This document shows positions 39,921 through 52,990 of a stretch of 64,000 nt of DNA, piece by piece. The notes under the pieces were generated by a model. It did not search any database and had not been told where the DNA came from. It saw nothing but the letters and a program-made list of their open reading frames with translations. Each line of letters begins with the position of its first letter. The stretch's first letter is position 1. The position numbers were made by a program, and so were the translations under genes. Source of the stretch: Octopus sinensis (Eukaryota); contig NC_042998.1 in NCBI RefSeq assembly GCF_006345805.1, forward strand, positions 105,586,001 to 105,650,000, read 5' to 3'.

Positions 39921-40779
39921 ATGCATATTGCATAAAGTAATGTTAGTCTGAGGTGCTTGTTGTGACTTGACAAATAGTACAAACCCCCAGTAGGCACAAT
40001 ATCTTCAATCAACAGCTTCACGATATTGTATACTGTGCAATATCTATAATCCCCTAATATGATAGTGAGCGTAGTGTTTTTATATATTTGTGTATATATA
40101 AATTTGCACAAAATCACAGAGTAGGAATAGGATAGAGTAGGAGAAAGAGTAGTATAAATGAAAGGAGAGGAGAGAAAATAGTAATTCAGTGAAGGAGAAG
40201 TAGTGAGAGTAATAGCCCTGATTGAGAGAGAGTGAGAGAAAGTAATAGCAATGGAGAAAGAAATGAGTGATAGATGAATAAGGAAGGAAGAGATGAAAAA
40301 AATCAGCATTTAAACTCTGTGTGAGTATATGTGTGTGTATGTAAAAGGGAGGTATGTGATTGCTTGGGTGTGTGTGTGTGTGTGTGCAATAGAAATGGGA
40401 TGGTGAACGTTCAATGCTGAAAATAAAAGTCAAACAGCATTTCAACTCTGTGTGAGTATATGTGTGTATGTGTGTGCATGTATGAGTGAAGTATGTGAAT
40501 GTTTGTATCTGATTATTATGTACCTTATTTTATACCTTATTTATATATAAAATACTACAATTAGCTGTCATTTTTGATGGCACAGGTTCAGCTAGTAATA
40601 ATAATGATAATAATAATAATAGTGATGATGCTGATGATGATGATGATTTCTTTTTTAACCATAAAGGGTTTACATTAAGAAAGACATTATGAACAGTACA
40701 GGACAAAACAATGAATGTGTGTGTGTTTGTGTGTGTATGTGTGTGAATATGTGTTGTTGTCAGAGTTTTGTGATAAAAT

Positions 40780-41380
40780 GTAACAATTCTCTGAGATTTC
40801 CAGTACATACAGACTGAATCATCAAAGCTAATGAGCCAAATATTTTTGTGAAAGACACCAAAACAGTTAAGTTGTTCATTGACCAATGTGAGTATAACTT
40901 GTGATCATAATATAACAGCAAAAAATTTGACAAGCGCAGACAATATAAAGAATTTTTCATTGAAGTTGAGAAAATGTAGCATTTCAAGGTGGCTACAATA
41001 CCAATGATTGTTGGAACACTAGGAATGATCAAAAAAGAAATTATTTGAGAATGATCCCTGGCTTACCATCTCTGCAAGAAGCGCAAAAGATTGCTTTAAT
41101 TGGTATGTCACATGCACTGAGAAGAACATCATAGATGAGAGAATAACTACCACCCATGTATTTTAATTTTTTTTAGTATTTTAATATTTTATCATTATTT
41201 TTTTGTATTTTCTGAACATAAATTTATTTCATCTTGCAAATGAACAATCTGGTGTGTCTAGTTTGATAGCATACCGATGTATACAGTGAATTTCTTTCCT
41301 CTAGGTGTTGAGAAGACACTTGGCAAGAAATGGAAACAAAGTTGAAATAGAAGAAAAACAAATGATAACAATTATAATAA
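40780..41380 (+). mobile_element. Old 3' fragment of the R4/Dong-like LINE family (endonuclease plus 3' UTR)
   Basis: VTIL*DF/PVHTD*IIKANEP..IPMIVGTLGMIKK..MIPGLPSLQEAQKI; shares the 3' UTR; ends in degenerate TAA repeats. Confidence 0.8.
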
Positions 41381-41640
41381 TATAAGCTGAGATCTGGCTA
41401 GGTGACTTCAACCCAGGCGAGTAGGTGATGTTGACAAGCCACAAAAATGGCAAAACACCTGGTGTTCACTGCTCCCAATGACTCTGAGGTGTTTTACACC
41501 CGGCAGTTTGAGAGTATATATACTCTGCCACACTACTGCAGCCAGCAGAAAATACACAAAGCATATACATTAAGTTTATGCAGTCGTCGTCGTCGTCAAC
41601 AACAACAATAACAACAACAACAACAACAACAACAGCAGCA

Positions 41641-41672
<32 letters not shown>

Positions 41673-41702
41673 AACAACATCAACAACAACAACAATAATA
41701 AC

Positions 41703-42192
41703 AGGCCTGATGCAGAACTAATTGGAAGTGCTATCATGTATATGTTTTGTCTTGGTATTAAAGATGGGCTACAGCAAATATTTTGCTCAGTACCACAGAT
41801 TTGTTTGTCAGTTGTTTGATCTTAACCAGTTGAGCACATCCCTTAGTGGCTGACAATATGTGCGACTCTGATCATAAGCAGAAGTAGTTGGGGAGGAATT
41901 CTTTGGGAGTTGAATAAGTCAGCTGTGGAAACATAGATGTTTCATTCAACATTCTTAGACGACCCTTATTCAGGGACCTTTTGAGTAGGATGGGCTACTT
42001 GACCTGAAGAAAATTCTAATAGAGCCTTTCTTGCAAGGTCAGGCATTGTTTATCTTGACATGAGATCGCCATATCATGCACATATGGTTGTGATGTATGT
42101 GCTTGGTGTACCCTTATCAAATGGGTAGTCATGATGGGCTTCATATATTTTATCCCAGTCTTATTTTGATGGCATGCACTGCTCTCTCACTC
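41703..42192 (+). mobile_element. Interspersed repeat ending ..GCACTGCTCTCTCACTC-(AAT)n (unclassified retroposon 3' end)
   Basis: Non-coding block running straight into the (AAT)n tract. Recognised from recall as a common octopus repeat; no second copy in the window. Confidence 0.4.
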
Positions 42193-42268
<76 letters not shown>

Positions 42269-42293
42269 GTAATAATAATAATAATAATAATAA
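42193..42293 (+). repeat. (AAT)n tract, 5' flank of the LINE
   Basis: Direct. Confidence 0.98.
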
Positions 42294-44816
42294 GTTTTAC
42301 AAGCAAAATAAGCTGTTCACATCCAATGCCAAAAAATTCTACAGAGAAATAGGGAAGGAGAAAGTAACCGTTAAAGACCCCCCTCCCATGGAAGAAGTTC
42401 AAAACTTTTGGAAAAGGATTTGGAGTGACACGAAGACGTACAACATAAATGCAGACTGGATTATACAAACTGAAGGATCCTACCAAAATTTACAACAACA
42501 AGCATGGGAAGACATCACAATAGCAGACCTAAGAAAGGCACTCACAAAGGCCCATAATTGGAAATCCCCCGGTAAAGATAAGGTGCCGAATTTCTGGCTC
42601 GCATCGCTCCCATGCGCACACGGTAAGCTAGTTCAGCTGCTCAATGGAATTATGAGAGACCCAAAGAAAACACCTGAATGGTTAGCAAGTGGCATTACTT
42701 ACCTACTCCCAAAGAATAACGAAACCAACCTTCCAAAAAACTATCGGCCTATAACCTGTCTATCCACCACGTATAAAATCCTAACATCTATCCTGGCGGA
42801 GAAAACATATGCATTCATGGAGAAGAACGATATTTTCCCCATTGAACAAAAAGGGTGCCGCCGAGGCTCTTACGGATGCAAAGATCAACTGCTAATCAAT
42901 CGTATGATCCTTGAGAACTGTCACAACAAGCGCAAAAATCTCAGCACCGCATGGATTGACTATAAAAAGGCCTTCGACAGTATACCGCATCCATGGATCT
43001 TGAGATCGCTGGACATCTTCAACATTTCCCCTGTGATTTCAAACTTCCTGAAGCACAATATGTCGTTGTGGAATACGAATCTCCAATTATACCACTCTAA
43101 TGGAGTACTTGCCTCAGAAAATATAAACATCAACTGTGGAATTTTTCAAGGTGACTCACTTTCACCTTTAATATTCTGCATAGCCCTAATACCCCTTACA
43201 AGTGAATTAAACAGAACAGGGTATGGGTATAAAATTGCCAATAAAAAAATAAGCCATCTATTTTATATGGATGACTTAAAACTTTATGGTAAAGACAATA
43301 ATGAACTTGAAGGCCTATTGCGCACCGTGAAAGCATTCAGCGATGACATCGGGATGGAGTTTGGACTTGAGAAGTGTGCCAAGGCCACTTTCCAGAAAGG
43401 GAAAGTGAAGACCACAAATTCAGTCATGTTAGATGTTGACACAGTCATAAGAGAGCTTGAGCAAGAACAAACATACAAATATTTAGGGATAAATGAAGGC
43501 TCTGGTATTCAGCATGCAAGCATGAAAGAGAAAATCAGGAAGGAATGTTATAGGAGAGTTCGTGCAGTCCTGAAATCTGAACTAAATGCACGTAACAAGG
43601 TGTTAGCTATAAATTCCTTAGCAGTTCCAGTTGTTACTTATAGCTACAATGTGTTGAACTGGAATATGAGTGAAGTAAAGAATATAGATAGGAAAATACG
43701 CAAGCTGCTGAGTTGTAATAGGATGCACCACCCAAAGGCAGACGTAGATCGCCTTTACCTTCCCAGAGCCCAAGGAGGTCGAGGCCTGATCCAATTTGAA
43801 CTAGCTTACAAAACAACCACAATTGGACTGGCCAAATATCTCGAAATATCGAATGACTGGATGCTAAAGCTCGTGGAAAATCATGAGAGACGAAAGAAGC
43901 TTCATTCTATCATAAAGGAAAGCAAAAAATTTGCTATTGATCTCGTGCAGGATACCCAAACTGAACAACCCGAGGGAAGTACGGCAACTATTGTTGCAAA
44001 GAAGGTGAAAATGATGGCAATGAAAAATGCGCACGAGCAATTGGCTGATAGGTGGGAGGAGAAACCTCTGCATGGCAAATATGTGACCCGCAGCAAACAA
44101 GCTAATGTTGACCAGAAGCAAACCCATCAGTGGCTACGGAGCTCAGGGCTAAAAGCAGAGAGCGAAGGTTTCATCCTGGCTGCTCAAGATCAAAGCCTAT
44201 TAACCCGGAACTACAAGGCCCATGTGATGAAAAATGGAGCAGACCCAAAATGCCGATTCTGCAACAACATGATTGAAACAGTGGACCACCTAATCTCTGG
44301 ATGTAAAGTCTTAGCACCAGTGGAGTATAAATTAAGACATGACAGAGTTGGCCATTATCTCCACTGGCTAATAAGGCGGCATTACAATATCAAAACTGCC
44401 GACAAGTGGTATAATCACCACCCTGAGGCTGTAACTGAACGAGAAAATGTAACCATTCTGTGGGACTTCCAGTACATACAGACCGAACCATCAAGGCCAA
44501 TAAACCAGATATTGTTGTGAAAGACCAAAACAATAAAGTTTGCTTATTGATCGACATGAGCATCCCCTGTGATCATAATATCTCAGCGAAAGAGTTTGAC
44601 AAGCTCAGAAAATATAAAGACCTACTCATTGAAATTGAGAAAATGTGGCATCTCAATGCGGTTACAATACCAGTGATCGTAGGAGCACTAGGAATGATCA
44701 AGAAGGGAACCGAAAATTATATGAGAATGATCCCTGACTTACCATCCCTGCAAGAAGTGCAAAAGATTGTCTTAACTGGTACATCACACGTATTGAGAAG
44801 AGCATTGTCGATGTGA
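42294..44816 (+). pseudogene. RT plus zinc knuckle plus REL endonuclease ORF with one 1-nt frameshift near 44468
   Basis: Frame open from 42294 to 44520; endonuclease continues in the 44460-44816 frame (PVHTDRTIKANKPD). The MCLVY/poly-N start in the ORF track is read-through of upstream repeats. Confidence 0.9.
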
Positions 44817-44996
44817 GAACTGTTGCTGCTCATGTATTTTAATTTAACTTAAAAAAAAAATTTTTTTTTTTAAATGAACGAACTACTGAGTTTGGTTTAA
44901 TGGCCTACCAATGTATACTATGAGTTTCTTTGCCCTAGGAGTCGGGAAGACACTCAGCAAGAAATGGAAGCAAATTTGAAAGAAGAAGAAAAAAAA

Positions 44997-44997
<1 letters not shown>
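42294..44997 (+). mobile_element. Young, 5'-truncated R4-clade (Dong-like) non-LTR retrotransposon inserted in (TAA)n
   Basis: RT motifs NYRPITCL, EQKGC, IDYKKAFDS, GIFQGDSLSP, FYMDDLKLY, YKYLG, GGRGL; CCHC knuckle CRFC..ETVDHLISGC; RHD; REL endonuclease KPDIVV..LLIDMSIP..KYKDL. Single-ORF RT-then-REL layout with (TAA)n on both sides. Confidence 0.95.

Positions 44998-45048
<51 letters not shown>
44998..45048 (+). repeat. (TAA)n tract, 3' flank of the LINE
   Basis: Direct. Confidence 0.98.
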
Positions 45049-45049
<1 letters not shown>

Positions 45050-45610
45050 TTATAGCAGAGGCACAAGGCCAGAAATCTGGGTCAGAGAATAGTTGATTAT
45101 ATTAAACCCAGTGCATGACTGGTACTGGTTTTATCAATTCCAGGAGGATGTATGGCAAAAATGATCTTAGCAGGACTTTAATTCAGAACATAAAAAGCAT
45201 CTAATTACCACAAGGAATTTTGTTTGATGCTGAAGCTCTTCTATTGATTCAATGGCAGTAATCACAACAGCAGTAATAATAACAACAACAGCAATAGCAA
45301 CAACAAAAGCAATAGCAACTATAATGATATCAACAAATAACAACAACAACAATAAAACTTCTTTCTAACTTTGGCACAAGACCAGCAATTCTGAAGGGAG
45401 GAGCAAGTCAATTACATCAACCCCAGTACTCAACTGGTACTTATTTTATCAACTTCTTATCAGCCCACCACCTCAAAAATAATAATAACAACAACAACAA
45501 CAGTGTGAGTGTCAACATGGATGTGAAAGCATAGGTCTCTCTAAAATCTAAAAGAAATCCAACAGCATTGCCAAACAAAAAACGGAAATCAGCAAAAATG
45601 TAAAGGTGGT

Positions 45611-45686
45611 AATGTTATAAATACTCCAATATGTAAAACTGCCACTTATTAGTGGCAGTTTTACATTTTGGGGTATTTATAACATT
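45611..45686. repeat. Imperfect 36-bp-arm hairpin with a 4-nt loop
   Basis: AATGTTATAAATACTCCAATATGTAAAACTGCCACT-TATT-AGTGGCAGTTTTACATTTTGGGGTATTTATAACATT. Confidence 0.9.
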
Positions 45687-47494
45687 GATTATTTATACGT
45701 AAAATATATTGCCCAGTAACATACAACATGTATGTAGATGGAGACCATGTAAGAGACAAACAAAGCAGAATGGAATGAACTTTTGAATGCAAACAAAACA
45801 CAATGAGAAAGTACAACAATGATGCAGTCAATGATACTGATTATTTTATGTGTTACATGTAAAGGACCAAAATAGCTGGGGCCTTGCTGTACTAAAGAAG
45901 ATCTGTCAGCTACAGCAGAATTGATACTGATGCTGGTGCCACATAAAATGCACCCAGTTCATTCCGTGGAATGGTTGGCATTAGGAATGGCATCCAGCTG
46001 AAGAAACCATGCCAAAACGAAAAATGTAGCCTGATGCCCCACCCCACGCCAGCCTTATCAGTTCCAGTCAAACGATCCAACTCATGCTACCATGAAAAAT
46101 GGATGTTAAATAGTGATGATGATGATCATCATCATCATAATCGTCTTGAAAATATAACAAGGCAGTGAGCTGGCAGAACTGACAGCACACTGAACAAAAT
46201 GTTGTATGGCATTTTTATCAGTTTTTTCATTCTGAGCTCAAATTCTGTAGAGGTCGACTTTCCTTTACACCCTTTTTTGGGGGCCAATAAAATAAGTACT
46301 AGACAAGTACAGGGGTCAATATAATCAATTTCTTCCCATCCCTTAAAACACTACTGACCCTAAGCTAAAATTTGAAAATGTTAGGTATAAAATATAACTG
46401 ACAACTTTGAAAATCTGGAACAAATAAATGCATATAAGACAAAGCAAAAGAAATTTCTGAATAGAAACAAAACAAAACAGAACAAACAAACTTAAAATAA
46501 AACGTATTCTACTTAAAAAACAAACCAATAAATGACCAAAGATAAATCAATCAGCTACTAAAAAGAAACATAACCAACAGCACCATAAGGAATTTCACAG
46601 TATGGGTTTAGTGTAAATAATGAAATAATATAAAGTGCTTCCAAACAGAAAGACTAATCTCTTACTGTTATCATTGTCATTGACGTCCATCATCATCATT
46701 TAACATCCATTTTCCCATTCTTGTATGAGTCTGACAACTCATTGAGGTAGATTTTCTACAGCCAGATGCCCTTCTTGTCATTGACCTTTATCTGCTTTTA
46801 AGCAAGGTAATATTACCCCATTCCATTACTACCTATGTTTTGCATGAATGACTGACAGCAAATGGCCTCACTTGTAAGATAATAACCTTTATTTACAATC
46901 GTCACATGATATCTGGACAAGCATACACACAAACACACACACATATATACATATATATACTTACATCATCATCATCATTTAGCATCCATTTCCACACTGG
47001 CATGTGTTAGACGGTTTGACCAGGACTGGTAAGCCAGAGAGCTGCACCAGGTTCCAGTCCATTTTGGCTTGGTCTCTATGGCTGGTTACCCTTCCAAACA
47101 CCAATCACTCCACAAAGTGTATCGGGTGCCTTTTAAATGTCACCAGCATGGGTGCATTTTATGTGTCATCACCGCCACATATATGGGGTTCTTTCCATTT
47201 TCCATGAACCAAATCCACTCAAGAGCCTTTGATTGGCCCGAGACTATAGTAGAAGAACACTTGCCCAAAGTACTGTGTAGTGGGACTAAATCCAAGACCA
47301 CATGGTTGGGAAGCAAGCTTCTTCCATAAACAGCCATGCCTGTACCATCCAAAATAAAAATAAAATTAAAAGGATACACTGGACCAACGAACACTACATG
47401 GAAGTGTTATACTCCTGTGGCACACTAACACTATATCCAATGATATCCAATGACATGTTGGTGTAGACCAGGAATGCTTTTATTCTTTTATTTT

Positions 47495-47890
47495 TTTACT
47501 TGTTTCAGTCATTTGACTGTGGCCATGCTGGTGCACCCCAGAACTTATTCTTTGTAAGCTTGGTACTTATTCTATCAGTCTCTTTTGCTGAACCATTATG
47601 TTACTGGGACGTAAACACACCAACATCAGTTGTTGAGCAATGGCGGGGGGGGGGACAAATACAGACAGACACATAAACACACACACACACACACACGCAC
47701 ACACACACACACATATATATATATGATGGGTTTCTTTCAGTTTCCATCTACCAAATCCACTCACAAGGTTTTGGTTGCCCCCGAGGCTATAGTAGAAGAC
47801 ACTTGCCCAAAATGTCACACAGTGGGTCTGAACCCAGAACTATGTATTTTGGAAGCAAGCTTCTAATCACACAGCCATGTCTGCACCTAG
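47495..47890 (-). mobile_element. SINE family B
   Basis: Reverse complement of family B; another partial copy at about 47200-47350. Confidence 0.8.
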
Positions 47891-49860
47891 AATATATATA
47901 TACATAGTAAATGTGTGTAACATGAATATATTTCACAGGGCTCCAGCACACATATAAACACAATAGAAGAGATTAATGAATTCTGGGCAATGGTGATGGA
48001 ACAAAAGCTGAAAAAAATAGAGTTACAAGCACTTTTGGTGAATATACAGAGACTTGCAATAAATACTTTGTAATAATTTGTAACAAAATCTCAGAAACTG
48101 AAATAGAGCAACTTGTAGAAAGAATGCATGCGGGAAAAAAAAATGACAATACATTACAAAAAAAATTGTCTATCACAACCCAGTAAGACCATCATAATAG
48201 AACCCACCACATACAATACACATAAGACTGTACAAAAAGATAGAGCAACACAACAGGCATGATCACATCATCATCATCTTTGTTTTAATGTCCACTTTTC
48301 CAGGTGTGCATGAGTTATATAGTAACTTTGGTGAAATAGATATTTCTATGGTTGGATGCTCTTCCTGTCACTAGCCCTCATCTGTTTCTGATCAAGGTAA
48401 TATCTTTCTTAATCTAATGAACCAGGAAGTTCTTGAACTTGCTTTCATAGATGGTTGCAAACAAGCAACACTATTTGTATGAACAGCAATTCATTGATTA
48501 TTACCACCAGTGTGCACATGTCAAGACAAAGGGAATACACACACACACACACATGATTCTTCTTGTTTCACTTTATCAAATTCCATTCTCAATTTTTCAT
48601 TCTGTAGCTACAGTATCTATACAGTGGGAACAAAACCACAATTGTGTGATTCTGAGGTGTACTTCTTAACCATGAGGCTTACAGTGAATGAGCTTTCAAA
48701 ACACACTGAAAATACTACTGAAGCCACCACATGAGAAACAAGCATTGAATTACAAAAACTCAAAATCACACACAAAGGAAAAAGGACTAAAATCCAAAAC
48801 TGTGTTTATGTCCATCAAAGTCCCCATGGAAACATTTGACTAAATACACAGAGGCAATAAAAATATATCCTGGGACCCACACTTAACAACAAACAATAAA
48901 AACACTCAGAACAACAAATCAACCAGAATTAAATCAGATGAAGATCAAATGGAAACAATAAAGAAAACAGAAGAACAGAACATTATAAAATCGATTACAC
49001 TGGCTATGTTATATGTGAACAAGTAGCTCTATGAAAAGATAAACAAATGTAACAGGGCCTTGCCAGAAATCTGTCTATTGCAACAAACTACAGGAATATT
49101 GACAAACTGAATGACCGGATCCATGATAAAATCACTCTTTTAACAAAAGGCCAACCTACAAAATGGAAAAATAAACCTATGCTACACAATGAAAAAGTAA
49201 TGAAAGGACCCATCCTTATTTTGATAAAAAGAAAAAAAAAATGAAAAAAGAATACGACCCAAATAACAAAAAATGTATAATATGAATAAAAATGAAGACA
49301 TGATGAGAACAAAAAGAAAAGCTTAAACAAATTGTATCCATGAAAATAAAAACATGTAGAATAAGGTGTTTCAAAAGACATGAACACTTCTTCATAGAGA
49401 AAAAGAGTTTTTGAACCAAATACCATAGATTTTATTGGCAGATTAAGAAATATGCATAACAGCGAAGGATTCACCAATATCAAGTTCAAGAACACTGAGA
49501 AGAAATATGGGAAAAAAACATTCAATTCAATAAAAAATCACATTAGATAAGTGGAGAGGAATAAATCAGCAACAGCACCATCGTCACAGAATCATTTAAT
49601 GCCTGTTCTCCATGCTGGCATGGATTGGATGGTTTGACAGGAGCTGGTCAGTCAGGGAGCTGCCCAGGTACCAGTTGTCTGTTTTGGCATAATTTCTATG
49701 GCTGGATACCCTTCCATAATACCAACCACTTTACAGAGTGAGCTGGGTGTTTTTTTTTTTATGTGGCACCAGCGCAAGTACTTTTTATGCAGTGATTTTG
49801 CAAAGTAATTAGAGGTGTTGGGTAGAAATATTTGTTCCACCTCTGAGATTTAAGTTCAAA

Positions 49861-50113
49861 TCTTATGAGTTTAACTTTGTCTTTTTTCCTTTTAGAGTTA
49901 ACAAGAAAGCACCAATCCAGAGTATAACTTTGTGTTATACTTATGAGTTTGTGTTATACTTATGAGTTTGTGTTATACTTATGAGTTTAACTTTGTGTTA
50001 TACTTATAACTTTGTGTTATACTTTGTGTTATACTTATAACTTTGTGTTATACTTATGAGTTTAACTTTGTCTTTCTTCCTTTTAGAGTTAACAAGAAAG
50101 CACCAATCCAGAG
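49861..50113 (+). repeat. ~63-bp direct repeat enclosing an irregular 12-19-bp minisatellite
   Basis: CTTATGAGTTTAACTTTGTCTTT..CACCAATCCAGAGTA occurs twice, around variants of TTTGTGTTATACTTATGAG. Confidence 0.9.
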
Positions 50114-50355
50114 TAGTGGGAGGGAAGAACTGTCAGAGTATCCAACACAAAGCATTACTGTATTTATTTTGGACATCTGTGTTCTGATAGCAATGCCTGA
50201 AAACACTAGCTTCAAGGTGCATCAACATTAAAGTGTTCGCCTTTCCCTTAGACAACATTGGTAGCATGGAGAAGGGAGATTTCAGGTGCTGTAACACCCA
50301 GTGCTTTCAGAGAGTATTCTACACTGCACCAAGTCACAACCAGCAAATACGCACT

Positions 50356-50577
50356 CTCTTTATTCTTCTACTTGTTTTAGTCATTTCACTGTGGTCATGC
50401 TGGAGCACTGCCTTTAGTCGAGCAAATTGACCCCAGGACTTATTCTTTGTAAGCCTAGTACTTATTCTATCGGTCTTTTTTGCCAAACCGCTAAGTTATG
50501 GTGACGTAAACACACCACCATTGGTTGTCAAGCGATGTTGGGGAGGCAAAACACAGACACACAAACATATACAAACT

Positions 50578-50615
<38 letters not shown>

Positions 50616-50778
50616 CATATATACGATGGGCTTCTTTCAGTTTCCATCTACCAAATCCACTCACAAGGCTTTGGTCGGCCTGAGGCTATAGTAGAAGACA
50701 CTTGCCCAAGGTGCCACACAGTGGGACTGAACCCAGAACCATGTGGTTGGTAAGCAAGCTACAGCTACTCCTATGCAC
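50356..50778 (-). mobile_element. SINE family B, well-preserved full-length copy
   Basis: Complete head, body, central microsatellite and tail. Confidence 0.9.
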
Positions 50779-51455
50779 TACATACACTTTAAGTATATGT
50801 GGTCTAAAATGGTTATTACACTTGTGCTGCTTCTTGTTCACATTTGAGCTTATTCTTATGCATGGATTGTCCAGGTATACCAGCACGTGGTTTTTACACT
50901 ACAAGCTGTGGACTGGGGAGATGATTCACCTCCAATCCAGTTTGGGCATATGATGTTGATGAGCCACAAAAATGGAGAAACCACAGATGTCCTTCACTCC
51001 TGGATGGGATTTTCGAATGAGTTATCTTGCCTGTCCTTGACTTTCAAGTGTTTTAACCCCTGACATTTTGAGAGAGCATTATCCACCACACCAAATCACA
51101 GCATACCAGTATATATATATATGTTAAGTAATGTAGTTGATAATGTTTATATATATTTATAAGGGTATATAAGAGATAACACTATGCTTGAAATAGCAGT
51201 CTAAACCTGACTCTAAAACCACATCAAGTATTCAATACAGCACAAGGAGAAAAGACAGATAGACAAATAAAACCAGTAAAAATTGTTTAATTTCAGACCC
51301 TGGGTTTCTGGTTCTGTACAAAACCATACCTTACCATTGTCAATGAAATATACCTTTAATTGTACATAATTACATATATATATATACACATAAACATACG
51401 AATACTCATGTATATGCACATGTATATACATATATATATGAGTGTATATATATTA

Positions 51456-51486
<31 letters not shown>

Positions 51487-51796
51487 GGGTGTGGATGTGT
51501 GTGTGTGTGTGTATGTATATATGAATGCATGTATGTATGTATATATTGTAGCTATTATGCAAAAGTGTCGTAAGTCCAAAATGTTGCTTTTTCAGAAAAC
51601 GAAAAAATGGTTCACCATTCCATTTCTTTTTATATTAGCAATTGCCAAACTGATACAAACATTGAGTAAATATATGTATTATGAAAATAAGGTTTACTGT
51701 GGGGGAAAATTATCATTACTTAATAATCTAAAAACTTTGTTCTTTTGAATAAATGATTTTATATGTCTATTGAATTTATCTGAAAACAAAGAAACA

Positions 51797-52383
51797 TGGT
51801 TGTGGCTGTGTGGTAAGAAACATGCTTCCCAACCATACAGTTCCAATTTTAGTCCCACTGCATGGGCACTTTGAGCAAGTGTCTTCTACTTTCACTCCAG
51901 ACCAACCAAAACCTTATGAGTGGATTTTGTTGACAGAAACTGAAAGAAGCCTGTTATGTGAGTGTGTGTGTGTGCGCGCATGCACATGCATGTGTGTGTG
52001 TGTGGGTATTTGTACGTATGTGTGTATGTATGTATGTCATCATCATCATTTACTGTCTGCTTTCCATGCTGGCATGGGTTGGATGGTGTGAAAGAAACTA
52101 ACCAACTGGAGAGCTAACTAGACTCCAATTGTATGTATGTATATAAATGCATATATGCATACATCTGTGTGTATGTTTGTTTGTCCCACCACCACTGACT
52201 GACAACTAGTATTCATTTGTTCACATCGCCATGACTTAACTGTTTGGCAAAATGAGACCAATAAAATAAATACCAGGCTTTAAAAATAAGTACAGGGGTC
52301 GATTTGTTTGACAAAACGTTTCAAGGCAATGCCCCAGTGTGACCACAGCTCAATGACTGAAACAAGTAAAAGATAATAAAAGA
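51797..52383 (+). mobile_element. SINE family B with a nested RTE-tail fragment
   Basis: Family B head and tail; CATCATCAT..TTTCCATGCTGGCATGGGTTGG at about 52035-52090. Confidence 0.75.
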
Positions 52384-52490
52384 TATATGTATGCATGTAT
52401 ATATGTATGTGTGTGTATGTCTCTGTGTGTGTGTGTGTGTGTGGTGTGTGTGTGTGTGTGTATGTGTGTAAATATACATATACATTCAGC

Positions 52491-52780
52491 GCACATGGCT
52501 TAGTGGTTAGGGTGTTACACTCATGATCGCTACATCATGATTTCAATTCCTAGACCTGATGGTGCATTGTGTTCTTGAGCAAAACACTTCATCTCACATT
52601 GCTCTGCAATCACTTCAACACCTGAAGTCTGGTACTTATGGCACCTGTTCAGACAATGTTGATTTGATGGAGAGAGTCAGCAAAAGTGCATCATGAATAT
52701 TTTATCACTACAAACAAATCATCTGTGTCTGGTCGCTCAGCAAAAGCTGAACACTCATATGTCATCTTCAACAGGAGAGT
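52491..52780 (+). mobile_element. tRNA-type SINE, family C
   Basis: A-box-like TGGCTTAGTGG head, GATTTCAATTCC, CATTGTGTTCTTGAGCAAAACACTT; homologues at about 57060 and 63045. Confidence 0.75.
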
Positions 52781-52870
52781 CCATCATCTATCTATCTATA
52801 TATATATACATATACATATACATATATATATATCATCATCATCGTCGTTTAACGTCCGTTCTCCATGCTA

Positions 52871-52946
<76 letters not shown>

Positions 52947-52990
52947 ATATATATATATATACACACACGTACACACACACACAGAATATA

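Noticed and set aside
42097-42293. N-terminal MCLVY..poly-N of the 807-aa ORF as a real protein start or fusion
   Set aside because: Read-through from an upstream repeat and (AAT)n into a 5'-truncated LINE.
48720-49560. A-rich block resembling a LINE 3' coding end
   Set aside because: Too degraded to show any motif.
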